The notes beneath the pieces were generated by a model. That model was not told the origin of the DNA. It did no database searches and was given only the letters and a program-made list of their open reading frames with translations. From positions 186,001 to 250,000 of the forward strand of contig JAHDYR010000006.1 of the NCBI GenBank assembly GCA_019828565.1: a stretch of DNA of 64,000 nucleotides, given 5' to 3'. The position numbers and the translations under genes are program-made. This document shows, one piece after another, positions 39,960 to 50,356 of this stretch; positions within the stretch are counted from its first letter, which is position 1; each line of letters opens with the position of its first letter. The stretch is from Carpediemonas membranifera BICM (taxonomy: Eukaryota; Protista; Fornicata).

Positions 39960-41558
39960 ATGGAAAACGAAAAGAACTACCGAAACTACATTGAAACTCA
40001 CAAACTGGAGGAAATTCTGCAAGAAATGGTGAATGAAGCCCTCACCAGCGACAGCAAGTACCCTCGGGCTGTGTTTAACGACTATTTGAAGAGAGTCACA
40101 GGTAATGACGCCAAGGTACATGCTTTTGAGGTCGTTAGCATGCCGCTCGGCCAACAGCTGCTGCGTCTTTCCATAGACATGGCTGGTTCCACCCGTGTAC
40201 TTACTGAATTGCCTGTTGATTTTGAAATTGAGGACGCTGAGTCGGTTTCCGCGAAGATCACGGACGTTCTCGGCGAGAATGTCATCCAGGACATCGTAGA
40301 GCTGAGGAAGAAGCTGAGGAAGGCCCTTTTAGTCAACCCCGAGCCTACCGTCACGGATTCTGCCAACGACGATGCCCCAGCCGACTTAGACGCGCCCCCA
40401 GCGGAATCCCAGCCTGACGAGGAGAAAGCAAAGGGTGAGATCACGGAGCCTCCCACTGAGGAGCAGCTCCCCATCATAGATGCCGCGACGACCCTTGTAT
40501 TTGACGGTATCTGCAGGCTCCTATGCGAGGCACCCCGTTACTACGTCAGGAAGCTCATCCAGGGCCCTAGCAGCGGCATAAGGCCGGTTCAGTGGCCTCG
40601 CACCTTTATCCTTCTGTTCACGGTCGCCCGACACGACCTTCCCATCGCAGAGATCGGCCTTGAACCTGACCCCAAGCAATTTGCTGAGCAGTGTGGTGCT
40701 GTTGTTGCTAGGATGCAGCAGATCGCCCAGGAGGAGGGCTTTGCCGAAGGTACGCCTGCTATGCCGATCCAGCTTCCCGAATCCGTCGCACAGGAAGCAG
40801 AGTCGATTTCGCAGTTTTGGGATAGTTTCCTGACGTGGTTTGCTGTTGATGATGTCAAGTTCTTTATCCGGTGGCAGACAGGCAGCAGCGGTGCCGACTC
40901 CCCCACGCCTGCGAAGGATGCCAGACCGAGCTCCAAGCAAGCCCCGAAGAAAGTTGAGAAGGGCAAGCCCAAGAGTGCCAGCAAGAGTGCCAAAGACAAG
41001 AAGAAGGCAGACGCTACCCCCATCCAGGTTCACGAGGCCGAGCCCTACGTTGACTCGACGACTCGACTCAATCAAAAGATGTACGGGGAGATGCCGGCGA
41101 CGGAGCTGATCTCCCAATACGTTGATGTATTGAAGACATGCAGAGTGGGCACAATGGTCAACTGCACCGACGAGGGTGACCTCATCTCCATCAACTCGAT
41201 CGCCAATGCCGTCGCTGACCTCGGATCAATCCATGTCACTTTACCCTTCGAGAAACCCCTCGCTGAGTCGGAGACCATCATGGACGGCGAGGCTGAGGTG
41301 ACCTTTACCGCGCCCGACTCCACCAAGGTCACTGTGGTCTCCAGAGACGTCGTTTCCATGGGGTCCAACGTGGCGGACGTGCTCGAGATTGACAGGACAA
41401 CCAAGCATGTCTTTATCCTGCACGCGGGCTCAGCTGAGCTGGCGATCGCGACGGATCTGGAAACTTGCCGTGTGGACGGCGACGCCGCGCTGAGGGAGGT
41501 CATGCTGGCGTATTCACGGCTACAGGTGGAGGGTATGCTGGAGCTTCCTATTATGTAA
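39960..41558 (+). CDS. Hypothetical protein with an N-terminal RIIa/Dpy-30-like docking helix pair; possible ENO4-like degenerate enolase
   Basis: 'YIETHKLEEILQEMVNEAL....YPRAVFNDYL', a Lys-rich insertion, 'ATELISQYVDVL' and C-terminal 'EVMLAYSRLQVEGML'. Confidence 0.5.
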   Translation: MENEKNYRNYIETHKLEEILQEMVNEALTSDSKYPRAVFNDYLKRVTGNDAKVHAFEVVSMPLGQQLLRLSIDMAGSTRVLTELPVDFEIEDAESVSAKITDVLGENVIQDIVELRKKLRKALLVNPEPTVTDSANDDAPADLDAPPAESQPDEEKAKGEITEPPTEEQLPIIDAATTLVFDGICRLLCEAPRYYVRKLIQGPSSGIRPVQWPRTFILLFTVARHDLPIAEIGLEPDPKQFAEQCGAVVARMQQIAQEEGFAEGTPAMPIQLPESVAQEAESISQFWDSFLTWFAVDDVKFFIRWQTGSSGADSPTPAKDARPSSKQAPKKVEKGKPKSASKSAKDKKKADATPIQVHEAEPYVDSTTRLNQKMYGEMPATELISQYVDVLKTCRVGTMVNCTDEGDLISINSIANAVADLGSIHVTLPFEKPLAESETIMDGEAEVTFTAPDSTKVTVVSRDVVSMGSNVADVLEIDRTTKHVFILHAGSAELAIATDLETCRVDGDAALREVMLAYSRLQVEGMLELPIM

Positions 41559-41774
41559 GTGTATGTACGTGTATAAATTTGTGGCTATGTATTGATGGAG
41601 CGGGCTGATGAGCCAGCTGATTGGTATCAGGCAAGAGGCCGGCTGGCCGCTGTCATGTCAAGAACATTGGTCACGCTGTAGCATGTTGGGGCTTCTCGAG
41701 CAAGGTTAGGCGATTTATGTGATTTATGGTTGGTCGCATATACCATTTTTTTTCTTGAGCAGCCGAGAAGCCGA

Positions 41775-42239
41775 ATGCAGTTCACCCCTGAGCGTGTCCG
41801 CCGCCCTCTTGTGTCCTACAAGAACAACAAGACCACCAACAAGACCGTTCTGAAGAACAACCTCGTTCCTGGCTCCATCGTGATCCTCCTCGCTGGTCGC
41901 TATGCTGGTTCCCGCGCTGTGTTCCTCAAGCAGCTCGAATCTGGTCTTATTCTTGTGACTGGCCCCCACAAGGTCAACGGTGTTCCTCTTCGCCGCGTTA
42001 ACCAGCGCTACGTCATCGGCACCCAGACCAAGATCGACGTTTCCAAGGTTGATCTGTCCAACGTCTCCGAGGAGTGGTTCAAGCACTCCGAGACCGTCCT
42101 CCCCGCTCTCGCCGAGACCCAGAAGACCCTCGATGCCACCCTCCTTGCCGAGATCAAGAAGGTCGAGACCATGACCTCCTACATGAAGGCGAAGTTCTCC
42201 CTCAAGAAGGGCGACCGCCCCCACGACATGATCTTCTAA
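41775..42239 (+). CDS. RPL6: 60S ribosomal protein L6 (eL6)
   Basis: 'PGSIVILLAGRYAGSRAVFLKQLESG..LVTGPHKVNGVPLRRVNQRYVIGTQTKID' and 'FSLKKGDRPHDMIF', with strong codon bias. Confidence 0.95.
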   Translation: MQFTPERVRRPLVSYKNNKTTNKTVLKNNLVPGSIVILLAGRYAGSRAVFLKQLESGLILVTGPHKVNGVPLRRVNQRYVIGTQTKIDVSKVDLSNVSEEWFKHSETVLPALAETQKTLDATLLAEIKKVETMTSYMKAKFSLKKGDRPHDMIF

Positions 42240-42635
42240 ATACCTCGTTATTTGCCCACTGTTTACCATGGATTTATCTGTGCCTCAAAGATCGAAAGCC
42301 TGGTCGTTGAAGGCCGAGAGAAATGACAGCACGCTGAAGGGATGTCGGACAAGGTTGTCAAGCAGCGAAAGGTATCAGCCACCCGTCTCGACATTCAGAG
42401 GAGACCAATCATTTGATCTCGTGGGATGTCCGCGGCCCAGAACATCATTACTCTTGGTCGCAATCCAGCTGCCTTCAGCGATCCTCCATTTCCAGACAGC
42501 AGGACGCGTCTCCCGGGCTTCAGCCCTCTTTCTCACTTGCCGGCCTAATACGCCATCAAATTCATATTCAGGTGATCTTTGCTGCTTCGGCGGCTGAGCA
42601 CCCAAATTGTGTCGGAGGTGGCTGTGGCTCCGACC

Positions 42636-42666
42636 TTGAAGTATCATAGAGTGCACAGTGCAAGCA
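42636..42666 (-). mobile_element. Isolated 31-bp copy of the putative Fanzor-element right end
   Basis: ttgaagtatcatagagtgcacagtgcaagca is identical to 57909-57939, and the flanks differ on both sides. Confidence 0.75.
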
Positions 42667-42738
42667 GTAAAGTAACTCTCAATCGTCCATAGCAGACTTC
42701 AGACATGGCCACCGCACTTTAAGGACGCAGCGGCGAGC

Positions 42739-45339
42739 ATGGTTGGACTATTTGCCGAGGTTCCTAGCAACATACTAGCAACATATACTAGTGGAGGGAA
42801 CATCCTGTTCCACGGGGACCTTCTCCTGACGCCAGTCGCCAACAGAGTCCGCGTTCTCAACACCAAAACGAACAAGTCGCGCATTCTCTCGTTCGAGACT
42901 CGTAAGAACGTTCAGCGACTCGCTGTGTCCCCCGATGGAACGCTCCTCTACGCTGTGGACATCGATGGCCACTGCGTTGTCGCGAATCTCATCAGCGACG
43001 TTGAGATCCACAAGCACAACTTCAAAGCCCCCGTCAACGCCATCGCCACCTCTCCCGACGGCCAGTACGTGGCCGTAACCCACAAATTCCTGGTGGAGAT
43101 CTGGAAAGCCCCCGGTCTTGTTCCGACGCTCGCCCCCTTCGAGCTCCACCACCGGCACAACACCGCACAGCAGCCCGCATGCCTCGCATGGAGCTCTGAC
43201 AGCAGGACCCTTGCCGTCGGCTCGGGCGCCTTGGTGTACGTCTTCACGATGGACTCCGAGGAGGGCGATAAGGCGATCCTCACCGGCCACCGCGACCATA
43301 TTGTCACAGTGGCGTTCACACCCGACCCTTCAGGGTCCCCATCCGACACTGAGGAGCTGATCTACTCCATCTCCCGCGACGGTGCGCTCCACCAGTGGGA
43401 ACCGGCGCCCGACGGCGGGTTGAACCAGTGGTCGAGCATCGGGTCCCATTTCTTCAAACACGCCGTAGATCTGACCTCCGCAGCTGTTGTGGGCACCCTT
43501 GTAGTAGCAGGGTTCGACGACGGCGAGTTCCGGATCCATGAGATGCCCGACTTCGACAACATCCACACCCTCTCCATGGGGTCTGGCGCGTCGATCACGG
43601 CGTCCGCCATGCTCGTCAGCCAGGGAAGGGCGGACCAGATCGCCCTCGCCTCTGACCGCAGCAAGCAGGTGGTCGTCTGGGACTGGCAGAGTGAGAACTA
43701 CGTCGTGCGGCAGGGTGGCCACCAGGGCAACCCTCTGGCCGTCGCATACAACCCCAAGGGCACACGCGTCGCCACGGCGGGCGAGGACGGCCGTGTGATC
43801 GTCTGGGACACCCGCACAGGCATGTCTGTGGCAACCTTCGCCGACCATACCGCTCCTGTCGTCGCCCTCGCCTTCACTCCCACTGACGCGCTCGTCTCCG
43901 TCTCGCTGGACCGGGCAATGTATGCGTACGACACTACCAAGGCGAAGAGGTTCAGGACCTTTGACCTGGGAGAGGTACGGCCCTCCAGCCTCACCATCGA
44001 CAACGGCGGGGGGCTGCTCGCAGTGGGCACCGAGGACGGCCCCATTCTAGTCTTCAACTTCCAGACGGGCAGCCTGACTGACACACTCTCCCAGCACGAC
44101 GCCCGCGTCTCGGGCCTGGCCTTCCTCCCGGACGCCAACACCATGGTCAGTGGCTCCTGGGATGGCACTGTGGTCGTGTGGGATATCTTCGACTGCCAGG
44201 GGGCGGTGGAGACTCTCAAACACGAGCACGACGTCACAGCTGTCGACGCGAGTCCCATCGGGAAGGAGATCGTCGCTGCCACATCGGACGGCGGCCTCAC
44301 GTTCTGGGACACGGAGAGCGCGGAGCCGACTGGGTTCATCGACGGCAAGCGCGATATCGCCGGCGGTCGGTCTGTTCATGACCGTCGCACGGTGACAACA
44401 TCCGAACAGGGCCGGTACTTTACGACAGTCAGATACACCCCGGACGGCCTCCACGTGGTTGCTGGCGGCGACAGCAAATGGCTCTGTGTCTACCACCGGC
44501 AGACACGGGCGCTGGTCAAAAAGATTCAGATCTCGTCAAACAGATCTCTGGATGGTGTGTTAGATTTCCTCAATTCGAAGGAGATGACCGAGGTCGGCAA
44601 CCGCTCTCTGTTCGACCTCGATGCCGAGAACGCCCCCCGGATGGCCGCCAAGAAGGCCGACCGAGGCTACGAGATGTCTTCCCGGAAAACCATGCCCAGT
44701 GCCCGCGTCATCGCCATCGCCATCGCACCGAGCGGAACAGAGTGGGTGACATGCACGGAGGAAGGCCCGATTGTGTGGTCCCAGAGTGTGTCTGTTGATT
44801 TCGACCCGCTCGACCTCAGCGAGGAGATCACGGCCGAGCGATGCCGCCAGTTGCTCAAGCAGGGCCAGGTTGAGACAGCCGTCATGGCCGCTATTAAGCT
44901 CGGCAACGTCGAGCTGATGAAGACCGCAGTCCTCGGCGTGCCCGTTGATTCCATCAAATCTGTTTCCCGGGAGATCGCACCCGTCTACCTTGGCCGGCTG
45001 GCTAATGTCGTTGCCTGGCTCCTCGAGTCGTCGTCCGCCTTTGAGAAGATGATCCGCTGGGCCGAGTCGCTCGTCTTCGTCCATGGTCGCACGATGCGGG
45101 CAAGGAGTGAGTGCATCGAGCCTCTCCGCAGGCTCCAGAAGGCTGTCGTCGAGAGGACCGCGCAGCTCACCCAGGTGGCCGATGAGAACAGACACAGGCT
45201 CATTTATCTGCTGCGGGCGGGGACAGAGGCCGTTGGCGAGGAGGAGGAGATGGATGGCTTCGATGAGATCGAGGATGTTTTGGTCCCGATCCGGGATGAG
45301 GAGGAGGAAGAAGAGGAGAGTGAAGAGGAGTTGTTGTAA
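42739..45339 (+). CDS. PWP2: Periodic tryptophan protein 2 (UTP1)
   Basis: 'YTSGGNILF...LLTPVANRV', 'VWDWQSENYVVRQGGH', 'IDGKRDIAGGR', 'NRSLDGVLDFLNSKEMTE' and 'FDPLDL'. Confidence 0.95.
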   Translation: MVGLFAEVPSNILATYTSGGNILFHGDLLLTPVANRVRVLNTKTNKSRILSFETRKNVQRLAVSPDGTLLYAVDIDGHCVVANLISDVEIHKHNFKAPVNAIATSPDGQYVAVTHKFLVEIWKAPGLVPTLAPFELHHRHNTAQQPACLAWSSDSRTLAVGSGALVYVFTMDSEEGDKAILTGHRDHIVTVAFTPDPSGSPSDTEELIYSISRDGALHQWEPAPDGGLNQWSSIGSHFFKHAVDLTSAAVVGTLVVAGFDDGEFRIHEMPDFDNIHTLSMGSGASITASAMLVSQGRADQIALASDRSKQVVVWDWQSENYVVRQGGHQGNPLAVAYNPKGTRVATAGEDGRVIVWDTRTGMSVATFADHTAPVVALAFTPTDALVSVSLDRAMYAYDTTKAKRFRTFDLGEVRPSSLTIDNGGGLLAVGTEDGPILVFNFQTGSLTDTLSQHDARVSGLAFLPDANTMVSGSWDGTVVVWDIFDCQGAVETLKHEHDVTAVDASPIGKEIVAATSDGGLTFWDTESAEPTGFIDGKRDIAGGRSVHDRRTVTTSEQGRYFTTVRYTPDGLHVVAGGDSKWLCVYHRQTRALVKKIQISSNRSLDGVLDFLNSKEMTEVGNRSLFDLDAENAPRMAAKKADRGYEMSSRKTMPSARVIAIAIAPSGTEWVTCTEEGPIVWSQSVSVDFDPLDLSEEITAERCRQLLKQGQVETAVMAAIKLGNVELMKTAVLGVPVDSIKSVSREIAPVYLGRLANVVAWLLESSSAFEKMIRWAESLVFVHGRTMRARSECIEPLRRLQKAVVERTAQLTQVADENRHRLIYLLRAGTEAVGEEEEMDGFDEIEDVLVPIRDEEEEEEESEEELL

Positions 45340-45567
45340 AGATTTGCGGATACACGGACGGACGGCTGAGTGCTGAGGGGAATTTCCTGACCAGAAGCCT
45401 GTCGGATAGTTTTGTCAGATTTGCGCCATGTGGCCGGATGAAAAGACGATGACTACGGTCTAGTTACACCCTCAGGGCCCAGTTCTAGGCCTCAGTTGGG
45501 GCGTAGCTCACATGTGAATCGTCATTGTTTTTCTCCGCACAACACCGAACGAACTTAAAGCCCGCAC

Positions 45568-46767
45568 ATGTCCGATCTACCGGCCGTAATTTGTGATAAT
45601 GGGACTGGTTTCGTCAAATGCGGTTTCGCTGGCGACGATTTCCCCACCTCCACCTTCCCCGCCCTCCTGGGCCGCCCCACTCTTCGTTTCAAGGAAGAGC
45701 TCCTTGATGTTGAGCTCAAGGACGTCATGTTTGTAATACACAGCCTCTCCACATAACACAGGATCGGCGATGAGTGCACGCCCGTCCGCTCGATGCTTGA
45801 ATTGCGGCACCCGCTCGAGCACGGTGTCATCAAGGATTGGGACGATATGAAGCTTCTCTGGGACTATACCTTCAACGAGAAGCTCAAGGTTGATCCCACC
45901 GAGCGCCGCATCGTGCTTACCGAGGCCCCGATGAACCCGAAGAAGAACCGCGAGCGCATGGTCGAGACAATGCTCGAGGACTATCAGTTCCAGGGCTGCT
46001 TTGTAGAATACCAGGCCAAGCTGTGCCTATACGCCCAGGGCCTGACGTCCGGCGTCGTCATTGACTCTGGCGACGGTGTAACCCACATTGTCCCCGTGTC
46101 GGAGGGCTACGTCCTCCACCACCTCATCAAGCGCATCGACGTCGCCGGCCGCGACATTACGCGCTATCTGATCAAGCTCCTTCTCGCCCGCGGCTATGCC
46201 TTCAACTCCACCGCTGACTTTGAAGTCATACGCGAGCTTAAGGAGAAGCTCTGCTACACCGCTTCCGACTGGGAGATGGAGAAGCGTCTCGCCCTCGAGA
46301 CCACCTCCCTCGTCGAGACCTACAACCTCCCTGACGGCCGCACCATCAAGTGTGCCCAAGAGCGTTTCCAGGCGCCCGAAGTCCTCTTCCAGCCGGACCT
46401 CATCGACGTTGAGTCCGTCGGCATGGCTGAGGCTCTCTTCAACGTCATCCAGAACTCCGACATTGATGTCCGCTCCTCCTTCTACGAGCACATCGTCCTG
46501 TCTGGCGGCAGCTCGATGTTCCCGGGGCTCCCATATCGTCTGGGGGTTGATCTCAAGGAGCTGTACATCCGTAAGGTGCTCAAGGGCCGCGACGACCTCT
46601 TCAGCCAGGTGCCATTCAAGATCAACATCGAGGATCCTCCCAGGCGCAAGCACTTTGTGTTCATCGGCGCAGCTGTGCTCGGTCAGGTGATGGCGAGCAA
46701 CAACGACGCGTGGATCACCAAGCAGGAGTGGGAAGAGGTTGGCCCCAACATCGTATGGCAGAAGTAA
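45568..46767 (+). CDS. ARP2: Actin-related protein 2 (2 exons)
   Basis: [11 protein letters not shown], '[18 protein letters not shown]', '[12 protein letters not shown]' and 'IEDPPRRKH', with an intron at 45729-45761. Confidence 0.95.
45729..45761 (+). other. Spliceosomal intron, 33 nt
   Basis: GTTTGT...ATAACACAG with an in-frame TAA. Removal restores 'KDVMIGDE'. Confidence 0.9.
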
Positions 46768-47064
46768 AGTGGGATGGTCAGAGGATGTCGTGTGTTGTTG
46801 TCAGTTCGCCATTGCCGTCACGATTGTGAGCATAAAGTGCACCATGCTAAAGTCCATGTTCCGCCTTCGTGAAGCTGCTAAGAAAGAGCAGTCGACTGGA
46901 AGGTCCCAATTCGGCCAGTTCCGACGTCGACCCATGGTCAACTGTCCGATGGAAAAACGAGATATACTGTCCGGTGTGTCCGCCCGAGTGCAGCATCGCC
47001 CTGCCCGCTGGCGCTCCAAGGTCCCCCTTTCGTCGGTGCACTCTATGGCGCGAAGACGCGCGAG

Positions 47065-47931
47065 ATGGCGGATGACAGTGTGAACTATGTTGTGGGCATT
47101 GATGAGGCCGGGAGAGGTCCAGTTATCGGCCCCATGGTCTACGGGATCTGCTGGTGCCCTGAGGAGCACCATCAGTATCTCCGCGAGGTGGGCATGAACG
47201 ATTCGAAGCAACTGGACCACGCCAAGCGCAGTGAGCTCGTCAAGAAGCTTTCCGAGCTTGAAGAAACACATGGCGTTGGCTTCAAGGTCACGCATCTCAC
47301 TCCCGAGTTCCTGAGCGAGAAGATGCTCGCCATCCCCCGAACCGCCAACCTCAACAGCGTCTCCCACGAGGCCGCCGCCTCCCTGATCAACCACGTAGTA
47401 TCCCTCGGCCACCACGTGACCCACGCCTACATCGACACTGTCGGGGACCCTGGTCGGTACGCCGAGTTCCTTAGGCAGCGCATTCCTCAGCACATCAAGC
47501 TCACAGTCGAGCCTAAGGCCGACGGGACATACCCGGTCACCGCAGCAGCCTCTATTGCAGCCAAGACTTCCCGAGACTCGGCCGTTGAGGAGCTGTGCGA
47601 GGGCGAGGCCATCGGGCCCGACTGGGTCGCCAAGGCGTCTGAGAGCATGGGCACAGCAGACCCAGGCCCCGTTGTGACCGGCAGCGGCTATCCGGGCGAC
47701 CCCAAGACCAAGGCGTTCCTGAGGACGTACCACGACAGGGTCTTCGGGTTCCCGCCGTGTGTTAGATTCAGCTGGAAGACGGCGGAGAGGGTCCATGGGG
47801 AGATGCATGGCGTGGTGTTCGACTTCGGGGACGAGGACGACGCTACGGGGCCTGGCATGGGGGCGATCATGCAGAACAGGCCGCTGCTGTTCAGGAGGAA
47901 GCGGGTCAACCGGCTGAAGCGGGTGACTTGA
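47065..47931 (+). CDS. RNASEH2A: Ribonuclease H2 subunit A
   Basis: GIDEAGRGPVIGPMVY, DSK, IDTVG, KAD, AASIAAK, GSGYPGDP and RFSW motifs. Confidence 0.97.
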   Translation: MADDSVNYVVGIDEAGRGPVIGPMVYGICWCPEEHHQYLREVGMNDSKQLDHAKRSELVKKLSELEETHGVGFKVTHLTPEFLSEKMLAIPRTANLNSVSHEAAASLINHVVSLGHHVTHAYIDTVGDPGRYAEFLRQRIPQHIKLTVEPKADGTYPVTAAASIAAKTSRDSAVEELCEGEAIGPDWVAKASESMGTADPGPVVTGSGYPGDPKTKAFLRTYHDRVFGFPPCVRFSWKTAERVHGEMHGVVFDFGDEDDATGPGMGAIMQNRPLLFRRKRVNRLKRVT

Positions 47932-48112
47932 GGCCCAGGGGTGGTAAAATACGGCGTGTCGAGTTTGTGGGCAGCGGTGAGAGGCGCGGGCTCGGGACAG
48001 ACGGACATAGAAGATGGCCGTGTGGCGCCAAGTGCTGCCCGGCATGGATGATTGGAGGCCGCTGATCGACACTGTGCAGGGCATGTGCAGTTTTGGACCA
48101 AGATTGGACATC

Positions 48113-49504
48113 ATGTCGCAAATCAGGACACTGATCTGCCTGTTCTTCTTCTATCTTCGTCTACTCGTCATCGATGTTCCATTTCGTCGTTTTGTTTTCA
48201 AACCTATACCCAGGGAGTCAGGAGAGCGTGTCATCGGCCTCTTCCATCCCAATGCAGCCGACGGAGGCGGTGGGGAGCGGGTTCTCTGGACAATCGTGCA
48301 ATATCTTCAGCGTTACCGTCCACAGTTCTCCCTAGTACTCTACGCTGACACCGACTGCTCCGTTGAAACCCTCACCAGCGATGCTTCTGCCCATTTCGGC
48401 CTGTCCATCAACGCATCTGCCCTACGCCTTGTTCGGATCACAGGCCTAGACGCTCTCCGACCATCCCGCTACCGAATCTTTACCCTCCTGTTCCAGCTGG
48501 CCGTCGGTGGTGCCCTCGCCCGCCAGGCCCTGGCATCTGGCAGGCCAGACGTCTTCTTGGACACCCACGGGATACCCATGGCATATCCCGTTGCTAAGAT
48601 GGCAGGAAGCCGTGTAGGTACGTACACGCATCACCCCTTTGTCAGCTCGGATATGATTTGGTTGGTCGAGAGTCGAGTGAGTCAGTTCAACAACTCCAAG
48701 GTCATATCCAAGTCGGCCGTACTCACCAGAGTTAAGGTGTTCTACTACAAGCTCGTGACAACTGCTTACCGGTTTTGCGGCGGAGCGGTCGACGTATCCA
48801 TGGCAAATTCGCAGTGGACCAGGGCCCATGTGAAAGCCGCCTGGGGCCTTGACCCGACAGTGGTGTACCCGCTGTGTACCATTGATGATCTCCTCGATAT
48901 GCCGCTCGAGGGGAGGGTTTCCGGACAAATAGTCTCCGTCGGTCAATTCCGGCAAGAGAAGAACCACGAACTCATTGTTAGAGCATTCGCCAGTGCTGTG
49001 AACGGCATGACCAAGGCTGACCTGGCCCGAACCAGCCCCAGCCTGGTCCTCGTCGGCTCAGTTCGTAACGACGGCGACAAGGCCGTGCTGGACTCAGTCA
49101 ATCAATTGATCACTGATCTCAAGATCGAGACGATGGTCAGTATTGAAGCCAACGCCCCCTACCCTCGTGTCCTGGCCCTCTTGGCCTCTTCCCAAGCCGC
49201 CGTGCACGCCATGCGGGACGAGCACTTCGGCCTTGTTGTCATCGAAGCCATGGCCGCGGGCTGCCTGATGATCGCCCACAACAGCGGCGGGCCCCGTGAG
49301 GACATCATTGCTGACAGCGGGGCCGGGCTGCTGGCTGAGACGGAGGCTGAGTACGCCGCGGCCATGCGGCAGGTCTGGACTGACAGGCTGGACGGTATGC
49401 GGGCGCAGGGACGGGTGCGGGTTCAGACAGTGTTTACCGCGGAGTTGTTCAAGACGGGTCTGCTGGGTGCCGTGGATGACATGGTCAGGGTCTGTCAGAG
49501 ATGA
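48113..49504 (+). CDS. ALG11: Alpha-1,2-mannosyltransferase ALG11
   Basis: 'GLFHPNAADGGGGERVLW', 'YTHHP', 'GQFRQEKNH', 'EHFGLVVIEAMAAG' and 'HNSGGP'. The start is taken at MSQIRT (the ORF is open from 48014). Confidence 0.93.
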   Translation: MSQIRTLICLFFFYLRLLVIDVPFRRFVFKPIPRESGERVIGLFHPNAADGGGGERVLWTIVQYLQRYRPQFSLVLYADTDCSVETLTSDASAHFGLSINASALRLVRITGLDALRPSRYRIFTLLFQLAVGGALARQALASGRPDVFLDTHGIPMAYPVAKMAGSRVGTYTHHPFVSSDMIWLVESRVSQFNNSKVISKSAVLTRVKVFYYKLVTTAYRFCGGAVDVSMANSQWTRAHVKAAWGLDPTVVYPLCTIDDLLDMPLEGRVSGQIVSVGQFRQEKNHELIVRAFASAVNGMTKADLARTSPSLVLVGSVRNDGDKAVLDSVNQLITDLKIETMVSIEANAPYPRVLALLASSQAAVHAMRDEHFGLVVIEAMAAGCLMIAHNSGGPREDIIADSGAGLLAETEAEYAAAMRQVWTDRLDGMRAQGRVRVQTVFTAELFKTGLLGAVDDMVRVCQR

Positions 49505-49783
49505 GTGGTCGTGGTTGGATGATAGGTAGGCGTTATTGTAAACTTCGTTGTTTGTTAGTTTATGGATGTGTGGAGCTTTGACCTTGTAACCAGCACCGAT
49601 TGGACTATGGGGTCAAGATGAATTGGCCGAGTCAGCAAAGAATTGGAAAAGTGATTTTGAATGTACATACTGGATGTGGCATGCATACACGCGCCCACAG
49701 CGGCACTGCATCGGAGTTTTTTCTCCCATCCCCGTTTCGACTCGGTCAGCAGTCATACACACAACGACGCGCTTCCCAGGGCC

Positions 49784-50356
49784 ATGTCGGAAGATAACCG
49801 CGAATTGGAGATAGCACGTGTTCAAATCAAGAACAAAGACTATACTGGGGCATGGAATACCATCGCTTCTCTCTCAGACGCCAGTGCATTTGATCTTCGC
49901 ATCCAAATATGCATTCACCTCAACCAATTCGCCATGGCTTCAGAGGTTTTTGAAAAGATGAAGCAGAAGTATGCTAATGAGCCTCTCACAACCGTTGCAG
50001 CCATCCGTGATTCGTTTTTGACAGTTTCCTCCACCGCCGACTACGCCGCCATCGCTGACACCATTGATTCAGACATTAGCCGCCTCCGCCGCTGGGACGG
50101 CTCCGGGGACCTGATCCAGCAGCTCACCTCCTACAAAGCCGCGGCTCTCATCGGCCAGGGGCTGTATGAAGAGGCAATTGATCTCTTGGCAGATCCCTTT
50201 GAAAACATGACCGAAGACGACCTCGCCAACCTTATAGTATGTTACAGCCACGTCGGCAACAGTGTTGAGATGGAACGCGCCGTGGCTCACCTGAAAAAGA
50301 CAGCTCCAAGCCACCAGATCATCCGAAACCTGGCCGCGCTGTCGGACTGCCAGTGA
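49784..50356 (+). CDS. COPE: Coatomer epsilon-like TPR protein (short)
   Basis: 'IQICIHLNQFAMASEVFEKMKQ...EPLTTVA', 'KAAALIGQGLYEEAIDLL' and 'LANLIVCYSHVG...LKKTAPSH' parallel the C-terminal half of epsilon-COP. Confidence 0.65.
   Translation: MSEDNRELEIARVQIKNKDYTGAWNTIASLSDASAFDLRIQICIHLNQFAMASEVFEKMKQKYANEPLTTVAAIRDSFLTVSSTADYAAIADTIDSDISRLRRWDGSGDLIQQLTSYKAAALIGQGLYEEAIDLLADPFENMTEDDLANLIVCYSHVGNSVEMERAVAHLKKTAPSHQIIRNLAALSDCQ

Noticed and set aside
46869-47075. Small Cys-containing ORF between ARP2 and RNASEH2A
   Set aside because: Non-ATG start, overlap with the RNase H2A start, and no coherent zinc-finger spacing.
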